Assembly: GCA_037969075.1 (NCBI GenBank)
Contig: JBBKWS010000106.1
Span: 1-22,250, forward strand
From: Bdellovibrionales bacterium
Lineage (GTDB): Bacteria; Bdellovibrionota; Bdellovibrionia; Bdellovibrionales; UBA840
Length of the DNA: 22,250 nt
Direction of reading: 5' to 3'
Shown piece after piece: positions 1 through 8,370 of this stretch; position 1 is the first letter of the stretch; each line of letters begins with the position of its first letter. Under the pieces are notes generated by a model. It made no database searches, had not been told where the DNA came from, and saw only the letters and a list, made by a program, of their open reading frames with translations. Position numbers and translations under genes: made by a program.

Positions 1-118
1 ATCCAATTATACCAAGTAAAACGGTCGAGATAAAACCCATTTTCTGTGAGCCGGGAGTAATTGCTCTAGCGATAAGACCAACTACGAAACCAAATAAAAT
101 CCAAAGTAAAAATGACAT
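1..118 (-). CDS. GlsB/YeaQ/YmgE family (transglycosylase-associated) small membrane protein, 5' part; runs off the window edge
   Basis: Not in the ORF track. Manual translation from ATG at 118: MSFLLWILFGFVVGLIARAITPGSQKMGFISTVLLGIIG, matching the family pattern W-I-x-x-G-x-x-x-G-x-I-A-R-x-I-x-P-G...G-I-I-G. SD GGAGGA lies 4 nt upstream. Confidence 0.9.
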   Translation of the reverse strand, partial: MSFLLWILFGFVVGLIARAITPGSQKMGFISTVLLGIIG

Positions 119-142
119 AAAATCCTCCGGTAATAATGGAGG

Positions 143-170
143 ATCATAGATAATAACCAATCGATTGCAA
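143..170 (-). promoter_or_regulatory. Possible sigma70 promoter for the GlsB/YeaQ/YmgE gene
   Basis: TTGCAA (170-165), 16 nt spacer, TATGAT (148-143) on the minus strand, just past the upstream terminator. Confidence 0.45.
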
Positions 171-174
171 GAAT

Positions 175-204
175 AAAAAAGGCTAAGTAAAAACTTAGCC
201 TTTT
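175..204 (-). terminator. Intrinsic terminator (possibly bidirectional) after 227..511
   Basis: AAAAGGCTAAGT-AAAA-ACTTAGCCTTTT perfect inverted repeat; the A6 run at 175-180 gives a U-tract on the minus strand. Confidence 0.85.
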
Positions 205-226
205 AAAGTGAAGCGTTAAGGCTCAA

Positions 227-511
227 TTAAGCCACTTTTTGATTAGAAGCTAAACCTTTACTTATGAACGCCTTACAGCAATCATCCCAAAAGTTTTCTT
301 TAATTTTTTCTTCACTTCTGTTCATTTTAAACTTAGGAAATGTATTTTTCTCACAGTGCTCAGCAAATTCTGAATCTTTGCAAATATGCACTAACTTCAT
401 TAATAAGCCCACATGAACAGGCGTTATTTCTTTCATCATTTTTCTGATATTTGGCTCACCAGTTTGCTTTAAAAAATCATGTACAGTTATTAAGTCACTA
501 GCTGAAATCAT
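227..511 (-). CDS. Hypothetical protein, 94 aa
   Basis: Strong SD (AGGAGGA) before the ATG, own terminator and a FliA-like promoter; no family recognised. Confidence 0.8.
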   Translation of the reverse strand: MISASDLITVHDFLKQTGEPNIRKMMKEITPVHVGLLMKLVHICKDSEFAEHCEKNTFPKFKMNRSEEKIKENFWDDCCKAFISKGLASNQKVA

Positions 512-536
512 CTTTCCTCCTAATTGCTATGTATCT

Positions 537-563
537 TCATCGGCAATTTGGGTTATTACTATA
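537..563 (-). promoter_or_regulatory. Sigma28 (FliA)-type promoter
   Basis: Minus strand reads TATAGTAA-N11-GCCGATGA versus consensus TAAAGTTT-N11-GCCGATAA, with exact spacing, 25 nt upstream of ATG 511. Confidence 0.65.
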
Positions 564-570
564 AGCTCTA

Positions 571-589
571 ATGTATCATTTTGATACAT
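571..589. promoter_or_regulatory. Palindromic putative regulator-binding site
   Basis: ATGTATCA-TTT-TGATACAT, a perfect 8-bp inverted repeat in a divergent intergenic region. Confidence 0.55.
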
Positions 590-642
590 GGCACGCCGCA
601 AAGTCTTTTACAATCAACCTCTTGCAATACAAAATTTAATTT

Positions 643-1737
643 ATGACTATAATCAAAGAGAAACATATCTCCCTAAAAAATGAGAAGACTATAATACTTA
701 AAAGCTGCCTGGCAGGAGATGCAGAAGAAATCATAAAGTTTCGCAAAAAACTAGGTCACGAGACAACTAATACCTACCATCACCCTGATATGATTTTAGA
801 TCTCAAAGAACAAATTGACTATATCAACACTATTGAAAAGCATCCTCGCTCATTTTTTGTGACTGCATTTTACAATGGCAAGGTAGTAGGAAACCTAGGG
901 ATAACTCCCGTTAAAGACAAGCATCCTTGGACGCAGCACTTGGCTTATTTTGGTGTTGGCATATTAAAAGAATTTTGGGGCACTGGTCTTATTCGGGCTA
1001 TGCTTTCTGAAATGTCTAGATATGTAACTGAGATGGATTATAAAAAAATTGAAGCTACAGTAAAAGTTAGTAATGAGGCCGCAATACAAGCATATCTAGA
1101 TATTGGCTTTCACATTGAAGGCCTTAGAAAGCGCGCTACTATTGTAAATAATGAATACTTTGATGAATATCATATCGCAAAGTATTTAGATAAAAAAGAC
1201 TGGGCACCACCTATCATCAAAACAAATCGCCTACTACTACGCCCCATCACTATCAACGATGCTCAATCACTGTTTAATTACTGTAAGTTACCCGAGGTTA
1301 CGACCTATACACTTTGGGATCACCACAAAACATTGTTAGATACAAAAAAATGGATAAGGTCATATGTATTTAAAAAATACTTTGATCAAGAATTTGAGCC
1401 CCTTGCCGTCTGCAAAAAAGATGCTCCAGATACCGTAATTGGCACCATAGGATGCACCTCGAAAAATTCTAGTAAGACAATCTTTGAAATGGGCTTTGCT
1501 TTAAACCCAACTTATTGGAATCAAGGTATTACCACAGAAGCTGGCATTGCCTTGATAGACTATTTGTTTAAAAATACGAAGGCCTATAAAATCTATGCTA
1601 CTCACAAGGGGCCAAATATTAACTCGGGCAAAGCCCAACTAAAGATGGGTATGTCATATGAGGGAGAACTAAAAGAACACGTTTTCTCAAAAGGTAAACA
1701 TTGGGATATGAAATACTACAGCATATTTAAGTCTTAA
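643..1737 (+). CDS. Tandem GNAT N-acetyltransferase (two RimJ/RimL-like domains)
   Basis: Domain 1: GVGILKEFWGTGL...N-x-x-A-x-x-x-Y-x-x-x-GF-x-x-EG. Domain 2: IKTNRLLLRP...EMGFALNPTYWNQGITTEA...NINSGKAQLKMGMSYEG. Two acetyl-CoA binding motif A copies. Confidence 0.88.
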   Translation: MTIIKEKHISLKNEKTIILKSCLAGDAEEIIKFRKKLGHETTNTYHHPDMILDLKEQIDYINTIEKHPRSFFVTAFYNGKVVGNLGITPVKDKHPWTQHLAYFGVGILKEFWGTGLIRAMLSEMSRYVTEMDYKKIEATVKVSNEAAIQAYLDIGFHIEGLRKRATIVNNEYFDEYHIAKYLDKKDWAPPIIKTNRLLLRPITINDAQSLFNYCKLPEVTTYTLWDHHKTLLDTKKWIRSYVFKKYFDQEFEPLAVCKKDAPDTVIGTIGCTSKNSSKTIFEMGFALNPTYWNQGITTEAGIALIDYLFKNTKAYKIYATHKGPNINSGKAQLKMGMSYEGELKEHVFSKGKHWDMKYYSIFKS

Positions 1738-1778
1738 TCTACATTGTCAGCCTACTATTTATATGTCATATCTAATGC

Positions 1779-2597
1779 ATGTTTCTTACACTACTTCTGC
1801 AAATTGCATTTAGCTTTACCACTACCTACGATATCCAAGGGCACAGCTATCAAATATATCAAACTCATAAAAATAGCCCACTAATTGTTTTTTTTCATGG
1901 TTGTAATCAAAATGCCGATGATTTTTATCGATTAACTAATGGTACTAATCGCAGTGTAAAAGCCACTATTGTCTACGTTAATCAGAACCCTTTCTTTAAT
2001 TCTGCAAATTGCTGGAATTGGTTTTACGATTACAATCAAACCGTCAACTCAGGATCTGAGCTTGATGCCATTTACCAAAAAATTGTATATTTAAAAAAAT
2101 TGTACCAAGCCTCTTCAGTGCATATAGCAGGATTTTCTTCAGGGGCAGGAATGGCAATTAGTCTTGCCTTAAACTATTCTAAGGTTTTCAACTCTGCTTT
2201 AATACACTCTGGTCCTGCTTTTGGCTTGGCAAAAACTTCTTCACAAGCAAAAATCTTAATTGAGACTGGCACACTTGACGTCGACAAACTAGAGCCCATA
2301 ACACAATCTAATAAAAACCTAAAAACTGTAGTATTGGTTCAAGGCAAAAACGATATAAGGTTACACCCCAACAATCAGACTATATTGGCAGAACAGGTTT
2401 CATTTTTTCTTGGTGTGAATGCCAAATTAGACTATAGAAAGCGACAACAAGAGTTCACCAATGGTAAAAATAATTTGATTGTCTTTAGACTTCCTATTGC
2501 ACACCAGTGGGCCGGCGGAAACCCAGACAGTAACTACTCAGCTCCAAGTGAAATAGATATATTAAATTATTATTACTCTTCGATTGTTGGGATATGA
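1779..2597 (+). CDS. PHB-depolymerase-family (LpqC-like) esterase, probably exported
   Basis: Oxyanion FHGC, CWNWF, lipase box GFSSG, QGKND (Asp), HQWAGG (His); short hydrophobic N-terminus. Confidence 0.85.
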   Translation: MFLTLLLQIAFSFTTTYDIQGHSYQIYQTHKNSPLIVFFHGCNQNADDFYRLTNGTNRSVKATIVYVNQNPFFNSANCWNWFYDYNQTVNSGSELDAIYQKIVYLKKLYQASSVHIAGFSSGAGMAISLALNYSKVFNSALIHSGPAFGLAKTSSQAKILIETGTLDVDKLEPITQSNKNLKTVVLVQGKNDIRLHPNNQTILAEQVSFFLGVNAKLDYRKRQQEFTNGKNNLIVFRLPIAHQWAGGNPDSNYSAPSEIDILNYYYSSIVGI

Positions 2598-4372
2598 AAT
2601 TTTTTAAGATTCAAACTGGTAAAATCACTAAGTAAAGTAACAAATCTTTCTATTTTTTTATCAAGCGCAATTTCTGCCTCTTTAGTTACAACAAAATCCT
2701 TTCCCTCACCAATGCTTGCCACCATGTCATCACCAACAAAGAAATCTAATGCGGACTTCATAAGCGGGACAGAAAAACTTTCTGGAAATTGAATGAGTTT
2801 TCCATATTTTTGCTCTAAACTAAAGACTTCCTTAGCCCTAGTTTTGTAGGTATCGAACGTAAAAACTGAATTCGAGAAAGACTTCAATGTAAGCGCTGCC
2901 ACATAATAGCCTTCATATATATAGCTAAAACTAGAAGTAAACGGAGCTAATGAGGCTCCTAGTTGGTAAAAGTCATGGTTTGATAAAGAAAAACTTTCAT
3001 CAAAACTAAAATCTTCTTTATTTAAAATTTTTGCAATAATTCTTTTAATCAAAACGAACATTTCATCTGTTTCTGGAAGGTAAAACTCATGTTTTAATAT
3101 TTTTCTTTGCTCAAGAAAGAACGCTGTTAACTCATGATTATTCTTAACACTTCCTCTAAAAATATTAATCCACGCACTACTAATAAATAAGGGCACTAAA
3201 AAGTGATGCAAGATTGTATTTTTTAGATATAAAAGCTCTGATCTATTCTCATCTGGGACTGAGTAAAAGAATTTACCTAGCGAAGGCTTTTCAATATATT
3301 CTATTTTATTGTTTTCAACTAAAAGATCTAGTGAGCGCTTGATTTCATCGACCACATCTTTATTCAGAAGGTTTGGAGTCAGCGGAATACCGAAATCATT
3401 ACAGTAATCAAGAATCTGTTTAGCGCGATCAAGTATAGCCCCCAAGGTCAAAGCACCAGAGGTAGAATCCAACAGTACCATAGCCAAGAGTGACGTAGGA
3501 GAAACCATCATCCCCTTACCCACAGCTCTAAAACAACTAAAAGCAAGGTCTTGCACTTGTTTTTTTACATCCTCTTTAATCTCATCCACATAAATGGGAC
3601 TCCCTGCCTTAAGATGAATTGAACCAAATCGTTTCGAAAAAACCTTAAATATTTTTAGCAATTGCGCTGATGATTCTTGAACTTTCTTGCCGCCAAAAAC
3701 TTCTGCTGTATGAGATTTAGATTCTGGCAAGTATTCATGAGAAATGGATATAGGTAAAAAGCAAAGTGGCTTGTCCGTTTCTAATCTAGAGTAGGTTTCG
3801 CAAAGCATCTGAAACAATCCATATTTTGGAGGCAAAAGTTTTCCAGTACGAGATCTACCACCTTCAAAATAAAATTTAATGACTTTTTGTTCTTCTAAAA
3901 GAGTAAATATATAAGCTTCTAAAATATTTTTATATAAAAAATCATCTTTAAAAGATCTTCTAATAAAAAATGCGCCACCCTTACGAAACATTGTCCCAAT
4001 AGGAAAAACATTCAAGTTAATCCCGGCAGCGATATGCACAGGTAGTTTTAATTTTTTATAAAAAGCATAACTAATTCCTAGAAAATCTGCGTAAGATTGA
4101 TGATTTGGAACTAAAATTAAGTGTGTTTCTTTTGAAAGCTTAACGATATCCATGTCATCTTGCGATTGCAAACTGACATCATCATATAGCTTTGCAAATG
4201 TAGCATCAAAAAAACCAGCCATTTTCTCTACAAAACTTGGAGTGTAGGTAGCTGCAATTTCATTGTATATTTTATGGATTTTTTTACGTTCTGTTGGATG
4301 TGCGCTTAGATAGTCTTTTAACTTTGAATATTCGAATATTTTTTCCCATCCCATTAGTAGGTGATGAGGCAT
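2573..4372 (-). CDS. plsB: Glycerol-3-phosphate acyltransferase, PlsB/GPAT family
   Basis: NHQSYAD (HxxxxD), AAGINL, GAFFIRR, FEGGRSRTGK and a GPAT C-terminal region (YLKNTILHHF). Confidence 0.88.
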   Translation of the reverse strand: MPHHLLMGWEKIFEYSKLKDYLSAHPTERKKIHKIYNEIAATYTPSFVEKMAGFFDATFAKLYDDVSLQSQDDMDIVKLSKETHLILVPNHQSYADFLGISYAFYKKLKLPVHIAAGINLNVFPIGTMFRKGGAFFIRRSFKDDFLYKNILEAYIFTLLEEQKVIKFYFEGGRSRTGKLLPPKYGLFQMLCETYSRLETDKPLCFLPISISHEYLPESKSHTAEVFGGKKVQESSAQLLKIFKVFSKRFGSIHLKAGSPIYVDEIKEDVKKQVQDLAFSCFRAVGKGMMVSPTSLLAMVLLDSTSGALTLGAILDRAKQILDYCNDFGIPLTPNLLNKDVVDEIKRSLDLLVENNKIEYIEKPSLGKFFYSVPDENRSELLYLKNTILHHFLVPLFISSAWINIFRGSVKNNHELTAFFLEQRKILKHEFYLPETDEMFVLIKRIIAKILNKEDFSFDESFSLSNHDFYQLGASLAPFTSSFSYIYEGYYVAALTLKSFSNSVFTFDTYKTRAKEVFSLEQKYGKLIQFPESFSVPLMKSALDFFVGDDMVASIGEGKDFVVTKEAEIALDKKIERFVTLLSDFTSLNLKKFHIPTIEE

Positions 4373-4480
4373 TTTATTAGAATTGGCTAGCTGATTTTGA
4401 GGTTTTTGTAAAAAGCTATTGATTATGGTTAGCTAACACTTACTTAATTACATCAAAAACAGCGAATGCTGAGACATAAC

Positions 4481-4525
4481 GCAATTAGATCCCACGTAAA
4501 AATCTAACCATAGGATCTAATCTGC
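4481..4525 (-). other. RNA stem-loop between the 110-aa gene and plsB
   Basis: ATTAGATCC (4484-4492) / GGATCTAAT (4513-4521) inverted repeat, extendable by 4 pairs (2 G-U) only on the minus strand; no U-tract. Confidence 0.45.
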
Positions 4526-4529
4526 TCAA

Positions 4530-4862
4530 CTATTTTAAGTTTAAAATAGCGCCAACGCTATTCTCTAAGATTTCTTCACCTAGAGTATATTCATCAACCC
4601 ATTTTCCTTTACTATTCAGAGTTTGAACTGAAACTCTGTATTTATCTGAACTTGGAGGGTTGCCAAAAAATGTATTCGCTCCATCTCGCATCAAACCATT
4701 TGCAAAAGACACACAATGCTGTCTCTCACCAACGGGTTGCCCAAAACTTCCATCTGTTTGCACTGTTCTGCAATACGTATTGCCATCTAATAAACCGCTA
4801 ACGTCATCGGCAAATGCTGCAGAAAAACCTAACGCTATAAATATACCCATTATTACTCTCAT
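4530..4862 (-). CDS. Hypothetical secreted protein, 110 aa
   Basis: Signal peptide ending AFA-DD, SD AAGGAGA, two Cys. Confidence 0.8.
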   Translation of the reverse strand: MRVIMGIFIALGFSAAFADDVSGLLDGNTYCRTVQTDGSFGQPVGERQHCVSFANGLMRDGANTFFGNPPSSDKYRVSVQTLNSKGKWVDEYTLGEEILENSVGAILNLK

Positions 4863-4982
4863 ATAAAATCTCCTTTTATAGTTTTATAGATTTTAGTTTG
4901 CCAGTATTACAATAGCTTTAGAATCTTGCTGCTATATTGAAAAAGTTATGGGCGTTCCCTAATTGCGTTAAGAAATGAATAC

Positions 4983-5012
4983 AAAAAAAATCCGGCAATT
5001 AGCCGGATTTTT
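4983..5012 (-). terminator. Intrinsic terminator of fadE
   Basis: AAAAATCCGGC-AATTA-GCCGGATTTTT; the A8 run gives a minus-strand U-tract. Confidence 0.9.
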
Positions 5013-5032
5013 AAGTAAAATTTAACTTTTAA

Positions 5033-7489
5033 TTAGTAGCCATGATTGTTCGATGGCTTATAGAAATACTCTTCTGGAGAGAAATCATCAACTTGAATAG
5101 CATCTAACCTAACTGTCTCTGCTTGCTTCATTGTCTCGTACTCTGCTACATCAATAATTTTATTAGTAAAAGCCAACTCTACAAGCTCTAAACCTTTTTT
5201 CTTAGGTATGATTTTCTTGCGAACTGCTCTACGCATTTTTCTCTCGATATCCTCAGCTTTTTTTACCATGGTAAACGCATAAGCAAGTCGTCCGATCGCT
5301 TGGTCTTTTTCTTTAGGTACAAAGATCCCATCTAGCAATCTTGCCCGTTGCGCCGTATCTTGCTGAATCAAGTGCGAAACATCATGTGTATTTTTATCTG
5401 AAATTGTAGCTCCATAGATATTTAAGCCTGACCAAAAACGAATTGGGCCAGCCAAAATCCATTTAAGCACAGGAATATCTAAATTTTCATAGATACCATC
5501 CATTGCTCTTTGCATTTGTGTAAATGCATGCTGCATAGAATAGTCTAATAAAGGAATATCCTCTTTTGGCTTACCATCTTTTTCAAATCGATAAAGCACT
5601 GCAAAACCAAAGTACATCCATGATAAAAAGTCAGCGTAACGGCCCGTTAATTTACCACGCGTCTTTAATGAACCACCTAAGCCACCTAAAGCAACATCTG
5701 CCATTAAAGCAAATACTGCTGAGGCCCAAGACATCTTACGGAAATACTTCGCATGCGCGCCAGACACTGGAGACATCGACAGTCTGCCTCTTGTTACTGA
5801 TAGAAGCACGGCTCTAAATAAATTTCTAACAACATGGCCAACGTGACCCCAAAATGCTGCATCAAATGCTTTAGCATCATTTTTTTCTAGAGCATTTAAT
5901 TCTTTATATGCATACGGATGGGCACGAATAGCACCTTGTCCAAATATAATTAGTGTTCGAGTCAAGATGTTAGCACCTTCAACTGTAATACTGATTGGCA
6001 TCCCCATATAACCATTTGCTATAAAATTTCTAGGACCTCTAGAAATAGCATTACCACCCAAAATATCCATCGCATCATTGATTGCAATTCGTGACATCTC
6101 GGTTGCATTGTACTTACAGATTGCAGTCACAACAGGAGGTTTTACCCCTAGATCAAGACCCGAACATGTCAACCTACGTTGAGCCTCTAGGATATAAGAG
6201 AAACCTGTAATTCTAGCTAATGGTTCTTCAATCCCTTCGAACTTACCAATCGATAAACCAAATTGTTTACGAATTGTTGAGTGGGCAGAAGCTCCTAATG
6301 CAGCTTGACCTACTCCACCAGTTGCTTGTCCTGGCAAAGAAATTCCGCGTCCAGCTGCCAAACATTCCATTAACATTTTCCAACCGCGGCCCACACCAGA
6401 TTCTTCGCCAATAATAGCGTCTAATGGCACCACAACATCTTTACCCTGCGTAGGGCAATTGTAAAATGGAATCGTCAATGGATCATGTCTTTTTCCAACT
6501 ACCACTCCAGGAGTCTTTGTCGGAATCAAAGCGCAGGTAATACCAAGCTCTTCACCTTTACCTAATAAATTCTTAGGATCGCGAAGTTTAAATGCTAAAC
6601 CAAGTACCGTGGAAATAGCCGCAAGAGTGATATAGCGTTTATTCCAATTTAATCTTATATAAATTTTTCCATCATCACCCTTAAACAATTCACCACTCGC
6701 TGTGATAGAGCCTGCATCAGAACCTGCTGTCGGTTCAGTTAAGGCAAAACATGGAATCTCTTCACCAGTAGCAAGTCTTGGAAGATACTTATCTTTTTGT
6801 GCCTGCGTTCCATAATGAATTAATAACTCTGCCGGTCCTAAAGAATTTGGCACCATTACTGTAGTGGAAAGTGGTACACAGCGAGATGATAGGGTTTTAA
6901 TTACGCATGAATGAAGGTAAGCACTAAACCCAAGTCCACCATACTCTTTAGGAATAATCATTCCAAAAAACTTATCTCCCTTTAATGCATCCCATATTTC
7001 TTTCGGCAATGCTCTTTCTTGTGTAATCTTCCAGTCATCGGCCATCTGGCATATCTTATCGACCGGGCCATCCATAAAGGCCTGCTCTTCTGCTGACAAC
7101 TTTGGGTAAGGTACCTCTAACATTTTCTTAAAATTTGGTTTTCCAGAAAATAAATCTGCTTCGATCCAAACAACACCAGCTTCAAGCGCTGTCTTCTCAG
7201 TTTCTGATATAACCGGCACAAACTTTAATTTGTTCATTGCAAACATAACTACCTTAGATACAAGCAGGGTTCGCAAAGGTTTAATAATAAAGAGCAGTGA
7301 AATTAAAATGTACGTAATTAGCAACCACTCTGGTGCTGCGTAACCAATCAATAAAGTTGCAATAGCAATTCCCCATAATACATAAGGGGCTCCTAAAAAA
7401 CCGATTGCCAAAATTACTACTACTGATATCCCACACGCCACCGCGCCATATGGAATTAAAAAACCTGCAATGTTATCCAAAGCTGTCAT
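5033..7489 (-). CDS. fadE: Acyl-CoA dehydrogenase, long membrane-anchored FadE type
   Basis: 818 aa with N-terminal TM segments; ISETEKTALEAG, VMVPNSLGPAELL, CFALTEPTAGSDA, RKQFGLSIGKFEGI, ITVEGANILTR; C-terminal DUF1974-like region ending IQVDDF. Confidence 0.95.
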   Translation of the reverse strand: MTALDNIAGFLIPYGAVACGISVVVILAIGFLGAPYVLWGIAIATLLIGYAAPEWLLITYILISLLFIIKPLRTLLVSKVVMFAMNKLKFVPVISETEKTALEAGVVWIEADLFSGKPNFKKMLEVPYPKLSAEEQAFMDGPVDKICQMADDWKITQERALPKEIWDALKGDKFFGMIIPKEYGGLGFSAYLHSCVIKTLSSRCVPLSTTVMVPNSLGPAELLIHYGTQAQKDKYLPRLATGEEIPCFALTEPTAGSDAGSITASGELFKGDDGKIYIRLNWNKRYITLAAISTVLGLAFKLRDPKNLLGKGEELGITCALIPTKTPGVVVGKRHDPLTIPFYNCPTQGKDVVVPLDAIIGEESGVGRGWKMLMECLAAGRGISLPGQATGGVGQAALGASAHSTIRKQFGLSIGKFEGIEEPLARITGFSYILEAQRRLTCSGLDLGVKPPVVTAICKYNATEMSRIAINDAMDILGGNAISRGPRNFIANGYMGMPISITVEGANILTRTLIIFGQGAIRAHPYAYKELNALEKNDAKAFDAAFWGHVGHVVRNLFRAVLLSVTRGRLSMSPVSGAHAKYFRKMSWASAVFALMADVALGGLGGSLKTRGKLTGRYADFLSWMYFGFAVLYRFEKDGKPKEDIPLLDYSMQHAFTQMQRAMDGIYENLDIPVLKWILAGPIRFWSGLNIYGATISDKNTHDVSHLIQQDTAQRARLLDGIFVPKEKDQAIGRLAYAFTMVKKAEDIERKMRRAVRKKIIPKKKGLELVELAFTNKIIDVAEYETMKQAETVRLDAIQVDDFSPEEYFYKPSNNHGY

Positions 7490-7646
7490 AAATTCTCCTA
7501 CGTTATATAACGCTTACATTGTATCTCGTTACTATATAGAGAAACAACTAAATCAATAAAAGTGTTCCAAAACTATCCTTACCTAATAAGCTTCTATTGG
7601 CGCAAAGTACCAAGATAACTGGACTATTTTTAGTTTTACTCGCTGC

Positions 7647-7676
7647 TTGCAATATATTGTACTAATCAGTACAATA
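7647..7676 (+). promoter_or_regulatory. Sigma70 promoter of tetR with overlapping palindromic operator
   Basis: TTGCAA (7647-7652), 17 nt, TACAAT (7670-7675); perfect inverted repeat TATTGTACT-AATC-AGTACAATA (7655-7676) covers the spacer and the -10. Confidence 0.85.
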
Positions 7677-7683
7677 AAAGAAT

Positions 7684-8280
7684 ATGGAAACCCTACGACC
7701 TAAAGACAAAAAAGCAAAAATTTTGGACATTGCCTTTAAATTATTTCGTAAACATGGTTACCACGGTACAGGACTAAATAAGATATTAAACTTATCAAAC
7801 ACCGGTAAATCCCAGATGTATCACTACTTTGGTAGTAAGCAAGGTCTCACACGCCAAGTTATACAAGCTTATGCTGAACGAATATTACAAGAGACTGCTG
7901 CTTTTATGAACCATATAGAAAGCCTCGATGAGTTTGAAAAACTCATCGAAGGAAGTTTAAAATTAGTTAAAACTAACAATGAAATATGCGGCTGCCTTGT
8001 AGGATCCATGTGCGCAGAGCTAGCAACATCGGATGAGGTCATTCGCATAGAAATCTCCCATGTATTTGAAAAATGGAAAAACTTATTTAGTAAAGGACTG
8101 ACCCGCCTACAAGCAAAAGGCCTGCTAAAAGCAGATGCAGACACTGACGCTATCGCTGAGCATTTTTTGATAACTGCACAAGGTGCGTTTTTAATGGCAA
8201 AAGCTAATAAAGACCTTAGTATTGTGCGCAAAACCTTTTTGCAAGCCATACGGTATATAAAATCCTACGCGGCTGCTTAA
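7684..8280 (+). CDS. TetR/AcrR family transcriptional regulator (NemR/YxaF-like C-terminal domain)
   Basis: N-terminal HTH (LFRKHGYHGTGLNKIL...KSQMYHYFGSKQGL) and GCLVGSMCAEL motif. Confidence 0.95.
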   Translation: METLRPKDKKAKILDIAFKLFRKHGYHGTGLNKILNLSNTGKSQMYHYFGSKQGLTRQVIQAYAERILQETAAFMNHIESLDEFEKLIEGSLKLVKTNNEICGCLVGSMCAELATSDEVIRIEISHVFEKWKNLFSKGLTRLQAKGLLKADADTDAIAEHFLITAQGAFLMAKANKDLSIVRKTFLQAIRYIKSYAAA

Positions 8281-8298
8281 TGTACCATTTGGTACAAT
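8281..8298 (+). promoter_or_regulatory. Second TetR-type operator overlapping an extended -10
   Basis: TGTACC-ATTT-GGTACA (8281-8296), same core and spacing as the 7658-7673 site; contains TGgTACAAT (8290-8298). Confidence 0.7.
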
Positions 8299-8370
8299 TT
8301 GGTTTTCAGCAATATCTTTTGGTTGTGACTTTATTTTTGCTCTAGTAGGCTCATTTAGAAGGAGATTTTT

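Noticed and set aside
589..605. TGGCACG resembling a sigma54 -24 box
   Set aside because: The required GC at -12 (602-603) is AG; there is no TTGC at the correct spacing.
4660..4866. 68-aa plus-strand ORF
   Set aside because: Antisense shadow of the secreted 110-aa gene, which has an SD and signal peptide.
5566..6414. ORFs 5566..5817 and 6220..6414
   Set aside because: Antisense shadows inside fadE.
7604..7625. AAGTACC...GGAC as a third TetR operator
   Set aside because: Only a half-site; spacing and the right arm do not match.
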